Shown here piece after piece: positions 1 through 10,310 of a DNA stretch of 63,610 nt. This DNA is from Bacteroidia bacterium (GTDB lineage Bacteria; Bacteroidota; Bacteroidia; NS11-12g; UBA955): contig CBFHXF010000001.1 of NCBI GenBank assembly GCA_965659745.1, positions 55,764 through 119,373 on the forward strand, in the 5' to 3' direction. Under the pieces are notes generated by a model. The model searched no databases. It was not told the origin of the DNA and saw only the letters and a list, made by a program, of their open reading frames with translations. Within the stretch, counting starts at the first letter, position 1. The number at the start of each line of letters is the position of its first letter. The position numbers were made by a program, and so were the translations under genes.

Positions 1-303
1 GGCGATCAAAGTCCATCCAATCTAAATGGAGTACATTGGGAACAATTTCTGCATCAAGAAACTGCATTTTTAAATGGGCCGGCTAAAATTGCGAATAAGT
101 ATCAGATGCCGGTGATTTACCTGGAACAAGAAAAAGTCAAGCGTGGCTACTATCGGGCAAGATTTACTGAGGTTTTAGAGGCGAATACACTCGAACATTC
201 CGAAATAATGTCAAAATGCATACGGAATATGCAAAAAGAAATAGAAAAACAGCCTTATACATGGTTGTGGAGCCACAGAAGGTGGAAGCATAGGCGGATA
301 TAA
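1..303 (+). CDS. Lipid A biosynthesis (LpxL/HtrB-type) acyltransferase family protein, C-terminal fragment; 5' end lies outside the window
   Basis: Frame +1 is open from base 1 to the TAA at 301-303, so the ATG at 106 is internal. The C-terminal QPYTWLWSHRRWKHR tail is what I associate with LpxL/HtrB-like acyltransferases. Confidence 0.5.
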   Translation, partial: GDQSPSNLNGVHWEQFLHQETAFLNGPAKIANKYQMPVIYLEQEKVKRGYYRARFTEVLEANTLEHSEIMSKCIRNMQKEIEKQPYTWLWSHRRWKHRRI

Positions 304-364
304 TTCTGTAATTAAATTCTGTAATAATGCAGTACTATCTTATATTTGCAATAAACGATAAAAT

Positions 365-694
365 ATGAAGAAAAGGGCATCATTCGATTCACAAGTAGAT
401 CAGTTGGCACATTTATCAAAAGCTATTGGCCACCCTGCTCGTATTGCGATTTTATTATTTTTATCTGAAATAGGACCTTCTACGTGTCAAGCCGTTGTAG
501 ATAAATTGCCTTATTCACAAAGTACCGTTTCTGGACATCTTCAAAAGTTAAAAGATGAAGGATATGTTAAAATGAAATTACACCGCACCTCTTCTATCTA
601 CTCAGTTGAAAAAGAAACGATAGTTGAACTGCACAAATTGGTACAATCGGTATTTAAATTAGGGCCTGAGAAGAAACAATTGTCGTTGTTCTAA
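365..694 (+). CDS. ArsR/SmtB-family winged-helix transcriptional regulator
   Basis: 109 aa. Contains HPARIAILLFL ... STVSGHLQKLKDEGYV, an ArsR-type HTH. No CxC metal-sensing site is visible. Confidence 0.7.
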   Translation: MKKRASFDSQVDQLAHLSKAIGHPARIAILLFLSEIGPSTCQAVVDKLPYSQSTVSGHLQKLKDEGYVKMKLHRTSSIYSVEKETIVELHKLVQSVFKLGPEKKQLSLF

Positions 695-1902
695 CGATAA
701 TCTTCAATTATTAAACCGGTTGGAATTTTCGGCTCAATAAATGTTGACTTAGCGGGCATTGTATCTCCTTGGTCTGCAACCATGCGAATTTCGGACATGC
801 TATTGGGAGCAAACAAAAATGCAATGTCAATCTCCTGGGTATATAATTTTTGAGCGATACTATCTAATGGAGTATCTCCTCGCATGAATGAAAGACGATC
901 TTCGTTGGAAGAATCCTTCAAATCAAAAGTTTTTCTCAAAATTTCCGTTTCCAAGATACGTACATCTAACTGAGATAAGGCACTCTCTCCTAACATTTGA
1001 GGAGACACCTCAATTACACAGCGAATGTCTCTTGTTATACATAAAATCTGTCCCTTTTTGAGGTCTTCATAGTTTAAAGAATGTGCAACTTCCCAATGGT
1101 GGATTTTTTGGTTATCAAGAAAATCCCACAAGACTTTAGGATCTACATTAGAAAGCATCCGATAGAAGGGTTTTACCAAAAGGTCATCTTCATCCATAAT
1201 CAAAGCCATAATTCCCTTCCCGGAGTTAGCCCCATACCTTTCAATTAAATATCTCGAAGAGGCAGCACATCTATGGTGACCATCGGCAATATACAATGAA
1301 TCTACATTTTCAAAAGCATCTTGGACGGTTTTAATATCCTCATCTGATCGTAATTTCCATACTCTGTGAATATTGTATAATTCATCTGAAACTTGTAAGT
1401 CAGACTCGGATTGGACAATTTCTTTAGCGAGTAATTTGAGTGTATCGGGTAGTTTTTGACTTAAGAGAACCGGTTCTGCCATCGATTCTAGTGCTGCAAT
1501 ATGTCTAACCAGTCTATTTTCTTTAGAGGTAAGTGTATTTTCGTGTTTTTTGATTTTACCCTTTATATAATCCTCCGCATCTACTCCTAAAATCCAACCG
1601 CTCAGTTTGATTCCTGAATGGTGGTGTTGTTCGTAGAAGAACATATTTTTGGGGTGCGTTTTAAGGCACCCCGTTTTTATTAAATGGATTAAATTTTGTC
1701 GGCTTTTATCATAAAACTCTTGGGTCTCAGAAATTAGAGATGCATCGATAAATTGAGGTTTCACTACTCTTAAATAAGAATCTGCTAAAGCTTGTGCTTT
1801 AGATTGGAGTACGTCTGCGCTCAATTTTCCGGATCCAAGAGACGCAACTCTTTGCGCGCTATTTTTCTCCGGTAATAATGTAGAAATAGGGAAAACACGC
1901 AT
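691..1902 (-). CDS. DUF1015 family protein
   Basis: 403 aa with the ADGHHR motif and a length typical of DUF1015. It sits 9 nt downstream of serA on the same strand. Confidence 0.65.
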   Translation of the reverse strand: MRVFPISTLLPEKNSAQRVASLGSGKLSADVLQSKAQALADSYLRVVKPQFIDASLISETQEFYDKSRQNLIHLIKTGCLKTHPKNMFFYEQHHHSGIKLSGWILGVDAEDYIKGKIKKHENTLTSKENRLVRHIAALESMAEPVLLSQKLPDTLKLLAKEIVQSESDLQVSDELYNIHRVWKLRSDEDIKTVQDAFENVDSLYIADGHHRCAASSRYLIERYGANSGKGIMALIMDEDDLLVKPFYRMLSNVDPKVLWDFLDNQKIHHWEVAHSLNYEDLKKGQILCITRDIRCVIEVSPQMLGESALSQLDVRILETEILRKTFDLKDSSNEDRLSFMRGDTPLDSIAQKLYTQEIDIAFLFAPNSMSEIRMVADQGDTMPAKSTFIEPKIPTGLIIEDYR

Positions 1903-1911
1903 GCTTATGCT

Positions 1912-2862
1912 TTATTTCACCAAATGATTAATTATCCTTTCGGCTAATTCAATTCCCACTCTCATTTGAGCTTCAGATGTACTGGCGCCAATATGAGGAG
2001 AAAGGGATGCATTTGGCATGGAAAGCATTAAATCATTTGTTGGAGGTTCGTTCTCGAAAACATCAATCCCCGCAAATGCAATTTGACCTTCTTGCATGGC
2101 TTTATTTAGGGCTAATTCGTTAACCACACCTCCACGTGCACAGTTGATCAAAACGGCGGTCTTTTTCATCATTGAAAGGGATTCCGCATTTATAACCTCT
2201 TCGCTTCCGGGGGTATGAATTGAAATGAAATCAGATTTACCTAAAACAACATCCATGGGCTGTCCTTTAAGTGAAACTTGGAAATTGTGTTGTTTATAAG
2301 CCGTATGTAAATCGATGGTGATGTCAAAAGTTCGTGATTTATAATCATAAACGATAACTTCCATACCTAAACCCACTGCCATTTTAGCAACCTCCTGTCC
2401 TATTCTTCCAAATCCTATAATTCCCATGGTTTTTCCTTGAAGTTCAAAACCAGCGGAGGCGGTGTTTTTTAGCGACTTGAATTCTGATTGACCATTTATC
2501 GGCATTTCGCGATTTGTCAAATGAAGCATTCTGGCTACACTGAAAGCATGCGCAAAAACCAATTCAGCTACAGATCGGGAAGATGCGTTTGGGGTATTTA
2601 CTACGGTTATGCCTTTTTCACCGGCGGCCTTTAAATCAATATTGTCCAAGCCCACACCTGCACGGGCTATTAATTTAAGATTGCTGGCTTGAATGATATC
2701 TGCTTTAACCTTTGTTGCACTTCTCACGATGAGCACATCAAATTCTCCAATTCTATGGATCAATTCTTCTTGCGCAATTTTATTGGTAACGACTTCAAAT
2801 CCGGCGTTCTCCAAAAGTGACTTTCCTGCGGCATCTATGCCGTCATTTGCTAAGATTCTCAT
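1912..2862 (-). CDS. serA: D-3-phosphoglycerate dehydrogenase (short form, no ACT domain)
   Basis: 316 aa. NAD-binding GIIGFGRIGQEVA plus CARGG and SPHIGAST motifs of D-isomer 2-hydroxyacid dehydrogenases. Its start overlaps the serC stop by 1 nt. Confidence 0.8.
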   Translation of the reverse strand: MRILANDGIDAAGKSLLENAGFEVVTNKIAQEELIHRIGEFDVLIVRSATKVKADIIQASNLKLIARAGVGLDNIDLKAAGEKGITVVNTPNASSRSVAELVFAHAFSVARMLHLTNREMPINGQSEFKSLKNTASAGFELQGKTMGIIGFGRIGQEVAKMAVGLGMEVIVYDYKSRTFDITIDLHTAYKQHNFQVSLKGQPMDVVLGKSDFISIHTPGSEEVINAESLSMMKKTAVLINCARGGVVNELALNKAMQEGQIAFAGIDVFENEPPTNDLMLSMPNASLSPHIGASTSEAQMRVGIELAERIINHLVK

Positions 2863-3935
2863 TAAGCGAAATTTTCAATAATGTTTACTAATGCTTGAAC
2901 ACTCTCAATTGGCAATGCATTGTACAGAGATGCGCGGTATCCACCCACACTTCTATGTCCTTTTAGCCCACTGATATTTCCTTCTTTACATGCGGCGTCA
3001 AATTTGTCGGCTAAATGTTCAAATTCTGCTTTGAAAACAAAACACGCATTCATATAACTGCGTGATTCTAATTCAGCCGTCCCTACGAAATAGGGAGAAT
3101 TATCAATGGCGTTGTAAAGTAGCTCAGCTTTTGCTGTATTCCTATCTTCCATACCTGCCACTCCTCCATTGTTCTTTACCCATTCCATGTTGTATTTTGA
3201 CACCAAAATAGGGAAAACAGGAGGCGTATTATACATGCTGCCATTTTCTGCATGTACCTTATAACCTAACATAGTTGGAATATGACGATCTGCTACTCTA
3301 TCGTACATGTCTTTTCTAATAACCACTAAGGTTACTCCAGCAGGTCCCATATTTTTTTGAGCACCCGCATAAATCATGTGAAACTTACTGTAATCTAATT
3401 TTTTGGAGAAAATATCTGAACTCATATCGCAAATCAGGGGCGCCTCAGTTTGAGGGAATGATTTCATTTGAGTGCCAAAAATCGTGTTATTGCTCGTGCA
3501 GTGAAAATAATCTGCATCGCTATCAATTTGGTAATCTTTTGGGATAAAGTTGAAATTAGAATCTTCGCTGCTAGCTGCAACGACTACTTTACCAAAACCT
3601 TTTGCTTCTTTTATTGCTTTTTGGGACCATGTACCGGTATTCAAATAAGCAGCTTTTTGTTGTAAAAAGTTTTGAGGAACTTGAAAAAATTGAGTAGAAG
3701 CACCACCTTGCAAAAACAATACATCATAGTCATCATTCAAACCTAATAGCTCTTTCACCAAAAGCTGAGCTTGTTCAACCACTTCTACAAAGGGTTTACT
3801 TCTGTGGGAAATTTCCAGAACACTTAATCCTGTTCCAGCAAAGTTTTGAATGTCTTGGGTACTCTTCTCTAAGGCATACTCCGATAAAATCGAGGGTCCT
3901 GCCGAAAAATTGTGAATCTTTTTTCCGTTGTTCAT
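2862..3935 (-). CDS. serC: Phosphoserine aminotransferase
   Basis: 357 aa. NFSAGPS N-terminus and YAGAQKNMGPAG PLP-lysine region typical of SerC. Adjacent to serA. Confidence 0.9.
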   Translation of the reverse strand: MNNGKKIHNFSAGPSILSEYALEKSTQDIQNFAGTGLSVLEISHRSKPFVEVVEQAQLLVKELLGLNDDYDVLFLQGGASTQFFQVPQNFLQQKAAYLNTGTWSQKAIKEAKGFGKVVVAASSEDSNFNFIPKDYQIDSDADYFHCTSNNTIFGTQMKSFPQTEAPLICDMSSDIFSKKLDYSKFHMIYAGAQKNMGPAGVTLVVIRKDMYDRVADRHIPTMLGYKVHAENGSMYNTPPVFPILVSKYNMEWVKNNGGVAGMEDRNTAKAELLYNAIDNSPYFVGTAELESRSYMNACFVFKAEFEHLADKFDAACKEGNISGLKGHRSVGGYRASLYNALPIESVQALVNIIENFA

Positions 3936-3979
3936 AAACGCCTACAATTTTACATGTAATATTGTGAGACTCCAAACTC

Positions 3980-4558
3980 ATGATGATAAATCCGTCTTTA
4001 GTTTTTGTTATTCTTTTATTGTGGTTGCCCAAAGTGGTAAAATCACAATATGAAGGACTCGATAGTACGCGAAAGCAAGCCCAAGTAAAAATTGACGAAA
4101 CCCCATTCGCAGATGAAATTGTAAGTTACCGTTATAAGGATATTGAATATAGCGGTTTGGATTTTACAGCTTTTGGAAGCGGAGTTTCTTATCTTTTAGA
4201 ATTATCTCCTTATACTGGGTTTCATTATAACGACAAGGCATATGTAGCCCTCGGCGTTACCGGTTCTCTATTTTCAGATAATTTAAATGGTGTAATTTCC
4301 ACTATTGGGGGTGTTTACTCGTTTATTCGGGTACCCATCTCAAGCGTTTTTCTACATGTGGAATATAGATATCAAAACTCTATTGTGTCATACAGGCCGC
4401 AGGAACGCGAATGGTTTGGAACTCCAATTTTAGGTGGTGGATATAATAATGACGGCAGATTAGGAATGTATGCACTTGTTGGAGTAGCACTTAATCCCAA
4501 ATTTGCGTATACCAATTCTTTAGGAGTGCTGATTTATAGATTTGGTTTTCGATTCTAA
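3980..4558 (+). CDS. Hypothetical secreted protein, possibly a small outer-membrane beta-barrel
   Basis: 192 aa. Has an N-terminal signal-like segment, an alternating Gly/aromatic strand pattern and an aromatic C-terminus (YRFGFRF). I recognise no family. Confidence 0.4.
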   Translation: MMINPSLVFVILLLWLPKVVKSQYEGLDSTRKQAQVKIDETPFADEIVSYRYKDIEYSGLDFTAFGSGVSYLLELSPYTGFHYNDKAYVALGVTGSLFSDNLNGVISTIGGVYSFIRVPISSVFLHVEYRYQNSIVSYRPQEREWFGTPILGGGYNNDGRLGMYALVGVALNPKFAYTNSLGVLIYRFGFRF

Positions 4559-4568
4559 CGGGTTAAAC

Positions 4569-4606
4569 AAAAAAGGGTCTGCTTCTGTTAAAGCAAACCC
4601 TTTTTT
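4569..4606. terminator. Bidirectional rho-independent terminator between convergent genes
   Basis: aaaagggtctgctt / aagcaaaccctttt hairpin with one mismatch and a 6-nt loop. An A-run precedes it and a T-run follows it. Confidence 0.6.
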
Positions 4607-4703
4607 ATTGTTATCTATTTCAGGATAATATCCTAGAGTTTAAAACTATACCTCAATCTGGCTTCGATAATCTGAACACAAATAGTTATTTATGAGCATT
4701 GTA

Positions 4704-6086
4704 TTAGAATATCCAATTTAATGTCATTGGAAGAATTCCTAACAATACCATAGCAGATAGCACTCCAACCAAGCAGATGTTTTTCCACGAAAATTGAATT
4801 GACGGTTGAACGTCTGATTCTGTGCGGAACATAACTCGGAAAGGTTTGAAGTAATAAGAAATGCTAATAGCAGAACCTACCAATGCCAATAATACTCCCC
4901 AAGTAGCCGTGTTAAATGCCGATGAAAATAATTGGTATTTGGCGATAAAGCCAATAGTGGAAGGAATACCTGCAACCGTAAAAGTAGCTATTATCATTGC
5001 TATAGCATCTAAACGATTGGTGTACACTATGCCCGTAAATATATTTACCGACTTATCTTCACCCGTAGCATACTTATCAAATAAATAAAACAAAACCGCT
5101 GTTCCGAGTCCATAAGAAAGTAGGTAAACACCTAGAACTTGAAAGTTTTCTTGTATGGGTTGTAATAAAAACAACAATAAGTAACCGGCATGACTTATAC
5201 TGGAATAAGCCAACATTCTCTTGTAGGAGTTCTGAACCAGAGCGACAATGTTTCCACCTAGCACAGTTATGATTGAAATCGGCAATAACCATGTTGAATA
5301 CCAATTTTGCATGGGAGCAAAAGCACTCAACAGTTGCGCGAAAGAAGCAAATCCAGCGATCTTAACAATAATTGCCATGAAAGCAGCAATCCTATTCGGA
5401 GATCCTTCATAAACATCAGGACTCCAAAAGTGAAAAGGAACCGCTGAAACTTTGAATAACAATCCCACTGAAACCAAAATCAAACCGGCTTTTACTAAAA
5501 TTGGGAATTCACCAAAATGTTCAGAAAATGAAGTTCTCAAAAGCATTTCATGGAAATATAAAGTTCCAGTCCCCCCGTATAGGAATGCAGCACCTAGTAA
5601 AAATATAGCCGTTGAAAATGCACCCATAAGGAAGTATTTCAAAGAAGCTTCATTACCATAAAGATCGTCTTTTTCACTACCTGCCAAAACAAACAAAGGA
5701 ATCGATAGGATTTCAATTCCTAAGAATAAAACTACTAAATGTTGTGCCCCAATCATCAAAAGGCCACCGCAAACAGAAAACATCATCAGTCCGATAACAT
5801 CCATCCCTTTGCGATTTACAGCAGGCATAAGATTAATTACAATCATAGCCATAACCGTCAAAACTGCCGCAATCACTTGAGCCGTGGGATTAAAAGCAAT
5901 CATTCCTGCCGGCACCCAACTGAATAAGGCGTCTGTAGAAATTAGATTCTTTGATTCTGCAAAAATCGCCAATCCCGCGAGTCCTAATATGGAGGCAGAT
6001 AATGTCTTTAAACTTTTTTCCTCTTTATTGATTCCGGCAAACAACAATGCCAGTGCTCCAAAAAATACAATACCTATAGCAATCAC
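4704..6086 (-). CDS. nuoN: NADH-quinone oxidoreductase subunit N
   Basis: 460-aa polytopic antiporter-like membrane protein. It is the last gene after nuoM, and its start overlaps the nuoM stop by 4 nt. Confidence 0.85.
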   Translation of the reverse strand: MIAIGIVFFGALALLFAGINKEEKSLKTLSASILGLAGLAIFAESKNLISTDALFSWVPAGMIAFNPTAQVIAAVLTVMAMIVINLMPAVNRKGMDVIGLMMFSVCGGLLMIGAQHLVVLFLGIEILSIPLFVLAGSEKDDLYGNEASLKYFLMGAFSTAIFLLGAAFLYGGTGTLYFHEMLLRTSFSEHFGEFPILVKAGLILVSVGLLFKVSAVPFHFWSPDVYEGSPNRIAAFMAIIVKIAGFASFAQLLSAFAPMQNWYSTWLLPISIITVLGGNIVALVQNSYKRMLAYSSISHAGYLLLFLLQPIQENFQVLGVYLLSYGLGTAVLFYLFDKYATGEDKSVNIFTGIVYTNRLDAIAMIIATFTVAGIPSTIGFIAKYQLFSSAFNTATWGVLLALVGSAISISYYFKPFRVMFRTESDVQPSIQFSWKNICLVGVLSAMVLLGILPMTLNWIF

Positions 6087-7534
6087 GATAATACTCCTTT
6101 CGCGTTAGAAATTATGTTTAACAATCCCTTTGATGAATTTTGGAATAAATCCATATACCATTGGGGAAACAATCCAATTGAAATCACAAAAAATGCTATC
6201 ACAAACAAAGGCAATAGTTGCATTGTAGGGATTGATTTATTTTCGGTTTCTGCGTTACACTCTCCTAACATTGAGAATTGAAACATTCTTAACATGTAAA
6301 CGGCACAGAAAATAATGGTAAGTCCTGCAAATACGGCAAACGTTGTATGGTAGTCAAAAACAGCCTTCAACAATAAGAATTCTCCAGGGAAGCCATTGCT
6401 TAATGGTGCCGCTACAGTTCCTATTACTACTAAGAAGAAAAGAACAGCGAATAATTTGTTGTTTTTAGCAATTCCTCCTAATTCGTTGAGATTGCGACTT
6501 CCAAAATTCCGTTCAATAATATTAACAGCGATAAACAATCCAACGACATTCACACCGTGAACAAACATTTGTAATAATCCACCTTCAAATCCACTGTTGT
6601 TTAGCGCAAACAAACCAGCAGCTATGAGTCCAACGTGCGACAAAGAACTGTAGGCGATTAAACGCTTCATATCGTCTTGACGGATGGCTATAATGGCTCC
6701 ATAAACGATTCCAACCACCGCTAATAGCATTATTATGGGTTGGTAGAAATCGATACTTTCTGTGGCCATTGGAAAATACCAACGAATTACTCCGTATAAT
6801 CCCATTTTTAGCATGATACCCGACAACAACATTGACCCTTGTGCGGGTGCATAGGTGTAGGTATTAGGCTGCCACACATGAAATGGGAATAAGGGTATTT
6901 TAACGGCAAAAGCCAATAGAAAACCCGCCCCAACCCAAATGGATTCCTTAAGTGTTAGTTGAACATTGTAAAGATCATTGTAGGCAAAAGATCCGTTTAA
7001 AGATTTGCTCGCTAAAAATATGAGCGAAGCTAACATGGCTAAAGACCCAACGAAGGTGTAAACAAAAAATCGTATCGTAGTTACAAAAGAGTCTCGTTCA
7101 GAGTATAAAAGTGTAATAAAGTAAATAGGGATCATGGCCAATTCCCAAAACAGATAGAACAACAATCCGTCTTGAGCCATGAAAACACCATTAAGTCCTG
7201 CTTGCATAAATAATATTAATGGAATCAATGCAGGTCTTTTATCTGAATTAATAGATAAAACTATGGTAGGTATGAGAATATTGGTGAGTAATAATAAAAA
7301 TACACTTATTCCATCCATTCCAAGTCTAAAGTGAACCGTTTCACCCAGCCATGGATAATCCACAACGGTCTTGAAAGAGTCGTTTACTTGTTGAGCGGTA
7401 AAAAGCGTTCCATAGTTTCCCAAGAGAACCAAAAGTCCGCTTAATGAAAACAACAAAGAAATCCATTTATTCCACTTACTTCCAAGTGCGGAAACAAGGG
7501 CTAAAACCAGGGGTATAAATACGAGTAATTCCAC
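6083..7534 (-). CDS. nuoM: NADH-quinone oxidoreductase subunit M
   Basis: 483-aa antiporter-like subunit with the KIPLFPFHVWQP motif region. It lies between nuoL and nuoN. Confidence 0.9.
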   Translation of the reverse strand: MELLVFIPLVLALVSALGSKWNKWISLLFSLSGLLVLLGNYGTLFTAQQVNDSFKTVVDYPWLGETVHFRLGMDGISVFLLLLTNILIPTIVLSINSDKRPALIPLILFMQAGLNGVFMAQDGLLFYLFWELAMIPIYFITLLYSERDSFVTTIRFFVYTFVGSLAMLASLIFLASKSLNGSFAYNDLYNVQLTLKESIWVGAGFLLAFAVKIPLFPFHVWQPNTYTYAPAQGSMLLSGIMLKMGLYGVIRWYFPMATESIDFYQPIIMLLAVVGIVYGAIIAIRQDDMKRLIAYSSLSHVGLIAAGLFALNNSGFEGGLLQMFVHGVNVVGLFIAVNIIERNFGSRNLNELGGIAKNNKLFAVLFFLVVIGTVAAPLSNGFPGEFLLLKAVFDYHTTFAVFAGLTIIFCAVYMLRMFQFSMLGECNAETENKSIPTMQLLPLFVIAFFVISIGLFPQWYMDLFQNSSKGLLNIISNAKGVLS

Positions 7535-9423
7535 TATGCGAAAAATAAATTAAGGCCTAACAACAGGGCAATAGCGCCTACCATGTAAATCAAATAATAT
7601 TCAATATTTCCGTTTTGGATTTTGCGATTCAAGCGACCCGCGAAACGCAAAATTGGATTAACACTAAAGGTAATGCCATAAAGCAGAAGGGTATCTAGTA
7701 AGGCAAATAGGATATCTCCTAAGAATTCTAGAGGTTTAACGATAGCCGTATGGTAAAATTCATCAATGTAGAATTTTTGACTCAACGTTTTTCCAATACC
7801 TTTTGTGGGAACTTCTGGATGCAAGCCTTTGCTGATGTAGCGACTGCGGCTGTAAAGCAAACCAAAAAGGAAAATAAAAACGGCTACTGCAATCAAAATA
7901 ATCTCAGTAGTTAGATCAGAATGCGCAGTTTGTTCAAATATCATGAAGGTTGGACGCAACCAAGAAGCTAAAAATCCATCTGAATGAATCAAATAATGAG
8001 GTAAATTTAAAAGTCCACCTAGAATGCTTAAAACAGCCAATACCACTAATGGCAAGGTCATTTTCCAATTCGATTCATGTACATCAGATAATTTATAATC
8101 GCTACCTCTAAATTCACCATGAAACGTTAAAAACAGCAATCGGAACATATACGTAGCGGTTAGAAGTGCTGCAATTACCAAAATTACATAAGCCGCGATA
8201 TTGTGGTGGAAAACATTAGCGAGAATTTCGTCTTTTGAAAAGAATCCACTCATTAACGGAAAACCAGAGATTGCTAAAGTGCCAATCAGAAAGGTGTAAT
8301 ACGTAACGGGCATCATTTTTTTAAGTCCACCCATTTGTGAAATATCTTGTCTTTCGTGCACACCATGAATGACGCTTCCAGCTCCTAAGAATAATAACGC
8401 TTTAAAGAATGCATGTGTCGTTACGTGAAATAAAGCAGTGGTATACGCACCCACACCTAAAGCAACGAACATAAATCCTAACTGACTCACCGTAGAATAA
8501 GCAAGTACTTTTTTAATATCGTTCTGACGCAATCCAATTAAAGCTCCGATTAAAGCAGTTGCAAGACCTATCCATAAAATAAATTCTTGTGCCATTGGCG
8601 CAAGGGAATAAATTACTTGACATCTTATAACCAAATAAATACCCGCAGTTACCATCGTAGCCGCGTGAATTAACGCAGATACAGGAGTTGGACCGGCCAT
8701 CGCATCGGGCAACCAAGTAAATAATGGAATTTGAGCACTTTTACCCATGGCACCGATGAATAATAAAACAGCAATACTCGTGATTAACACGGTACTAGAG
8801 GATCCTTCGGCTATTGCCGGAAGTACTTCGCTATATTCTAATGAGCCGAAATTTTTGATAATCAAGAACATTCCTAATAAAAGACCAAGGTCTCCTATAC
8901 GATTCATTACAAATGCTTTGCGTGCTGCTGCTCCATATGTTGCGTTTTGATACCAAAATCCGATTAACAGATAAGAGCATAAACCTACACCCTCCCAACC
9001 GAAGAACATCATCAAGAAATTGGAACCCAAAACTAATAAGAGCATATTGAACACGAAGAAGTTCAAGTATGCGAAAAACTTGGCTGGATTTTTATCGTGA
9101 TCCATGTACGACATAGAATACAAGTGAATCAAAGTTCCAATGCCAGTGATGATTAAGGTCATCCAAATAGATAAACGATCTAACGCAAAAGAGGCTTTAA
9201 AAAGTATGCCATCTAAATTGAAAAACGTATACGCATCCCATTGAATACGGCTATTGGCGTCAATAGCAATGGTAGACCATTGAGATATGGCGGTAACAAA
9301 AGACAATAAAATCATTAAGGTACCCAAGCCAGAAGCCACGGTTTTGGGCAATTTATGTCCCACCACCCCATTTATGAGAAATCCCAATAATGGAAAAAAC
9401 AGTATTAAAGCTATAGGATTCAT
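7534..9423 (-). CDS. nuoL: NADH-quinone oxidoreductase subunit L
   Basis: 629 aa. Contains SAQIPLFTWLPDAMAGPTPVSALIHAATMV, typical of NuoL/ND5, and has the long C-terminal extension. Confidence 0.9.
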   Translation of the reverse strand: MNPIALILFFPLLGFLINGVVGHKLPKTVASGLGTLMILLSFVTAISQWSTIAIDANSRIQWDAYTFFNLDGILFKASFALDRLSIWMTLIITGIGTLIHLYSMSYMDHDKNPAKFFAYLNFFVFNMLLLVLGSNFLMMFFGWEGVGLCSYLLIGFWYQNATYGAAARKAFVMNRIGDLGLLLGMFLIIKNFGSLEYSEVLPAIAEGSSSTVLITSIAVLLFIGAMGKSAQIPLFTWLPDAMAGPTPVSALIHAATMVTAGIYLVIRCQVIYSLAPMAQEFILWIGLATALIGALIGLRQNDIKKVLAYSTVSQLGFMFVALGVGAYTTALFHVTTHAFFKALLFLGAGSVIHGVHERQDISQMGGLKKMMPVTYYTFLIGTLAISGFPLMSGFFSKDEILANVFHHNIAAYVILVIAALLTATYMFRLLFLTFHGEFRGSDYKLSDVHESNWKMTLPLVVLAVLSILGGLLNLPHYLIHSDGFLASWLRPTFMIFEQTAHSDLTTEIILIAVAVFIFLFGLLYSRSRYISKGLHPEVPTKGIGKTLSQKFYIDEFYHTAIVKPLEFLGDILFALLDTLLLYGITFSVNPILRFAGRLNRKIQNGNIEYYLIYMVGAIALLLGLNLFFA

Positions 9424-9749
9424 TAGTCTTTTAATTGATCTAGGAAACTAACATCGGTTTTCCGTGTATTACGATAAACCATTACAATAATGGCAAGTCC
9501 TACCGCAGCTTCGGCTGCAGCCACCACCATTATGAAAAACACAAACATTTGGCCATTAGCTTGCATGTCGCCCATGTATTCAGTGAACGCGGCAAGCAAT
9601 AAGTTAACGGCATTTAACATAAGTTCAATACACATTAATAAGATTATGGCATTTCTTCTAAACAATACACCAAATAAACCGATGCTAAAAAGCACCGTAC
9701 TTAAATAGATATAATGACTTATCTCTAGGGAATGAAAGATACTTAACAT
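9423..9749 (-). CDS. nuoK: NADH-quinone oxidoreductase subunit K
   Basis: 108 aa with three TM helices. The AAAEAAVGLAI motif is typical of NuoK/ND4L. Confidence 0.9.
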   Translation of the reverse strand: MLSIFHSLEISHYIYLSTVLFSIGLFGVLFRRNAIILLMCIELMLNAVNLLLAAFTEYMGDMQANGQMFVFFIMVVAAAEAAVGLAIIVMVYRNTRKTDVSFLDQLKD

Positions 9750-9752
9750 GGA

Positions 9753-10310
9753 TTATAAAATTTCCTCAGACTTAACAACTTCACTTTTATCGCGTTTACC
9801 CAATAAAACGGAACCTACCATGGCCGAAACAAACAGGATACCTGTCAGTTCAAAGGGCACAAGATACTCTGTCATTAGCACGCGACCTAAATTTTTAACC
9901 AATCCAATACCTTCGGCATTGGATTTAATAACGGCAATACCGGCAGTTTGGAATGCAGCAGTTAGCACTAATAACAATAGGCCCGCCGAAATAGCGGCAG
10001 CAAATCCCCAGAGATTGGATTTTACTGGCTCAGATTCTTTGTTCAGATTAAGCAACATTAATACGAACAAGAAAAGTACCATTATAGCACCTGCATATAC
10101 CATTAGGTTTACTATGGCTAAAAACTGAGCATTGAGAAGCACATAATGTGCCGAGATAGTGAAAAAAGTCAGTATCAAAGCCAAAACACTATGAACTGGA
10201 TTTTTACTGGTTACAACATACAACGCTCCTAAAATGGTTAGGAACGATAATATTAAAAAAGGCAAAGGTAAATTGCTAAAAACTCCCATAATTATTCCTG
10301 ATAATCCCAA
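9753..10310 (-). CDS. nuoJ: NADH-quinone oxidoreductase subunit J
   Basis: 185-aa membrane protein. The VYAGAIMVLFLFV motif and its position between nuoI and nuoK support the call. Confidence 0.85.
   Translation of the reverse strand: MGLSGIIMGVFSNLPLPFLILSFLTILGALYVVTSKNPVHSVLALILTFFTISAHYVLLNAQFLAIVNLMVYAGAIMVLFLFVLMLLNLNKESEPVKSNLWGFAAAISAGLLLLVLTAAFQTAGIAVIKSNAEGIGLVKNLGRVLMTEYLVPFELTGILFVSAMVGSVLLGKRDKSEVVKSEEIL

Noticed and set aside
3796-4032. A 78-aa ORF spanning the serC start region.
   Set aside because: It overlaps the serC 5' end in another frame and the start of the divergent gene at 3980. The peptide has no recognisable features.
9748-10128. A 126-aa ORF antisense to nuoJ, with similar antisense ORFs inside nuoN, nuoM, nuoL, nuoK, nuoI, nuoH, nuoF and nuoB (for example 4861-5088, 5884-6108, 35694-36020, 40960-41286).
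   Set aside because: These lie opposite strongly conserved membrane-protein genes. Their translations are low-complexity (Ser/Thr/Asn/Pro-rich) with no recognisable motifs or promoter or start context. They are typical shadow ORFs.
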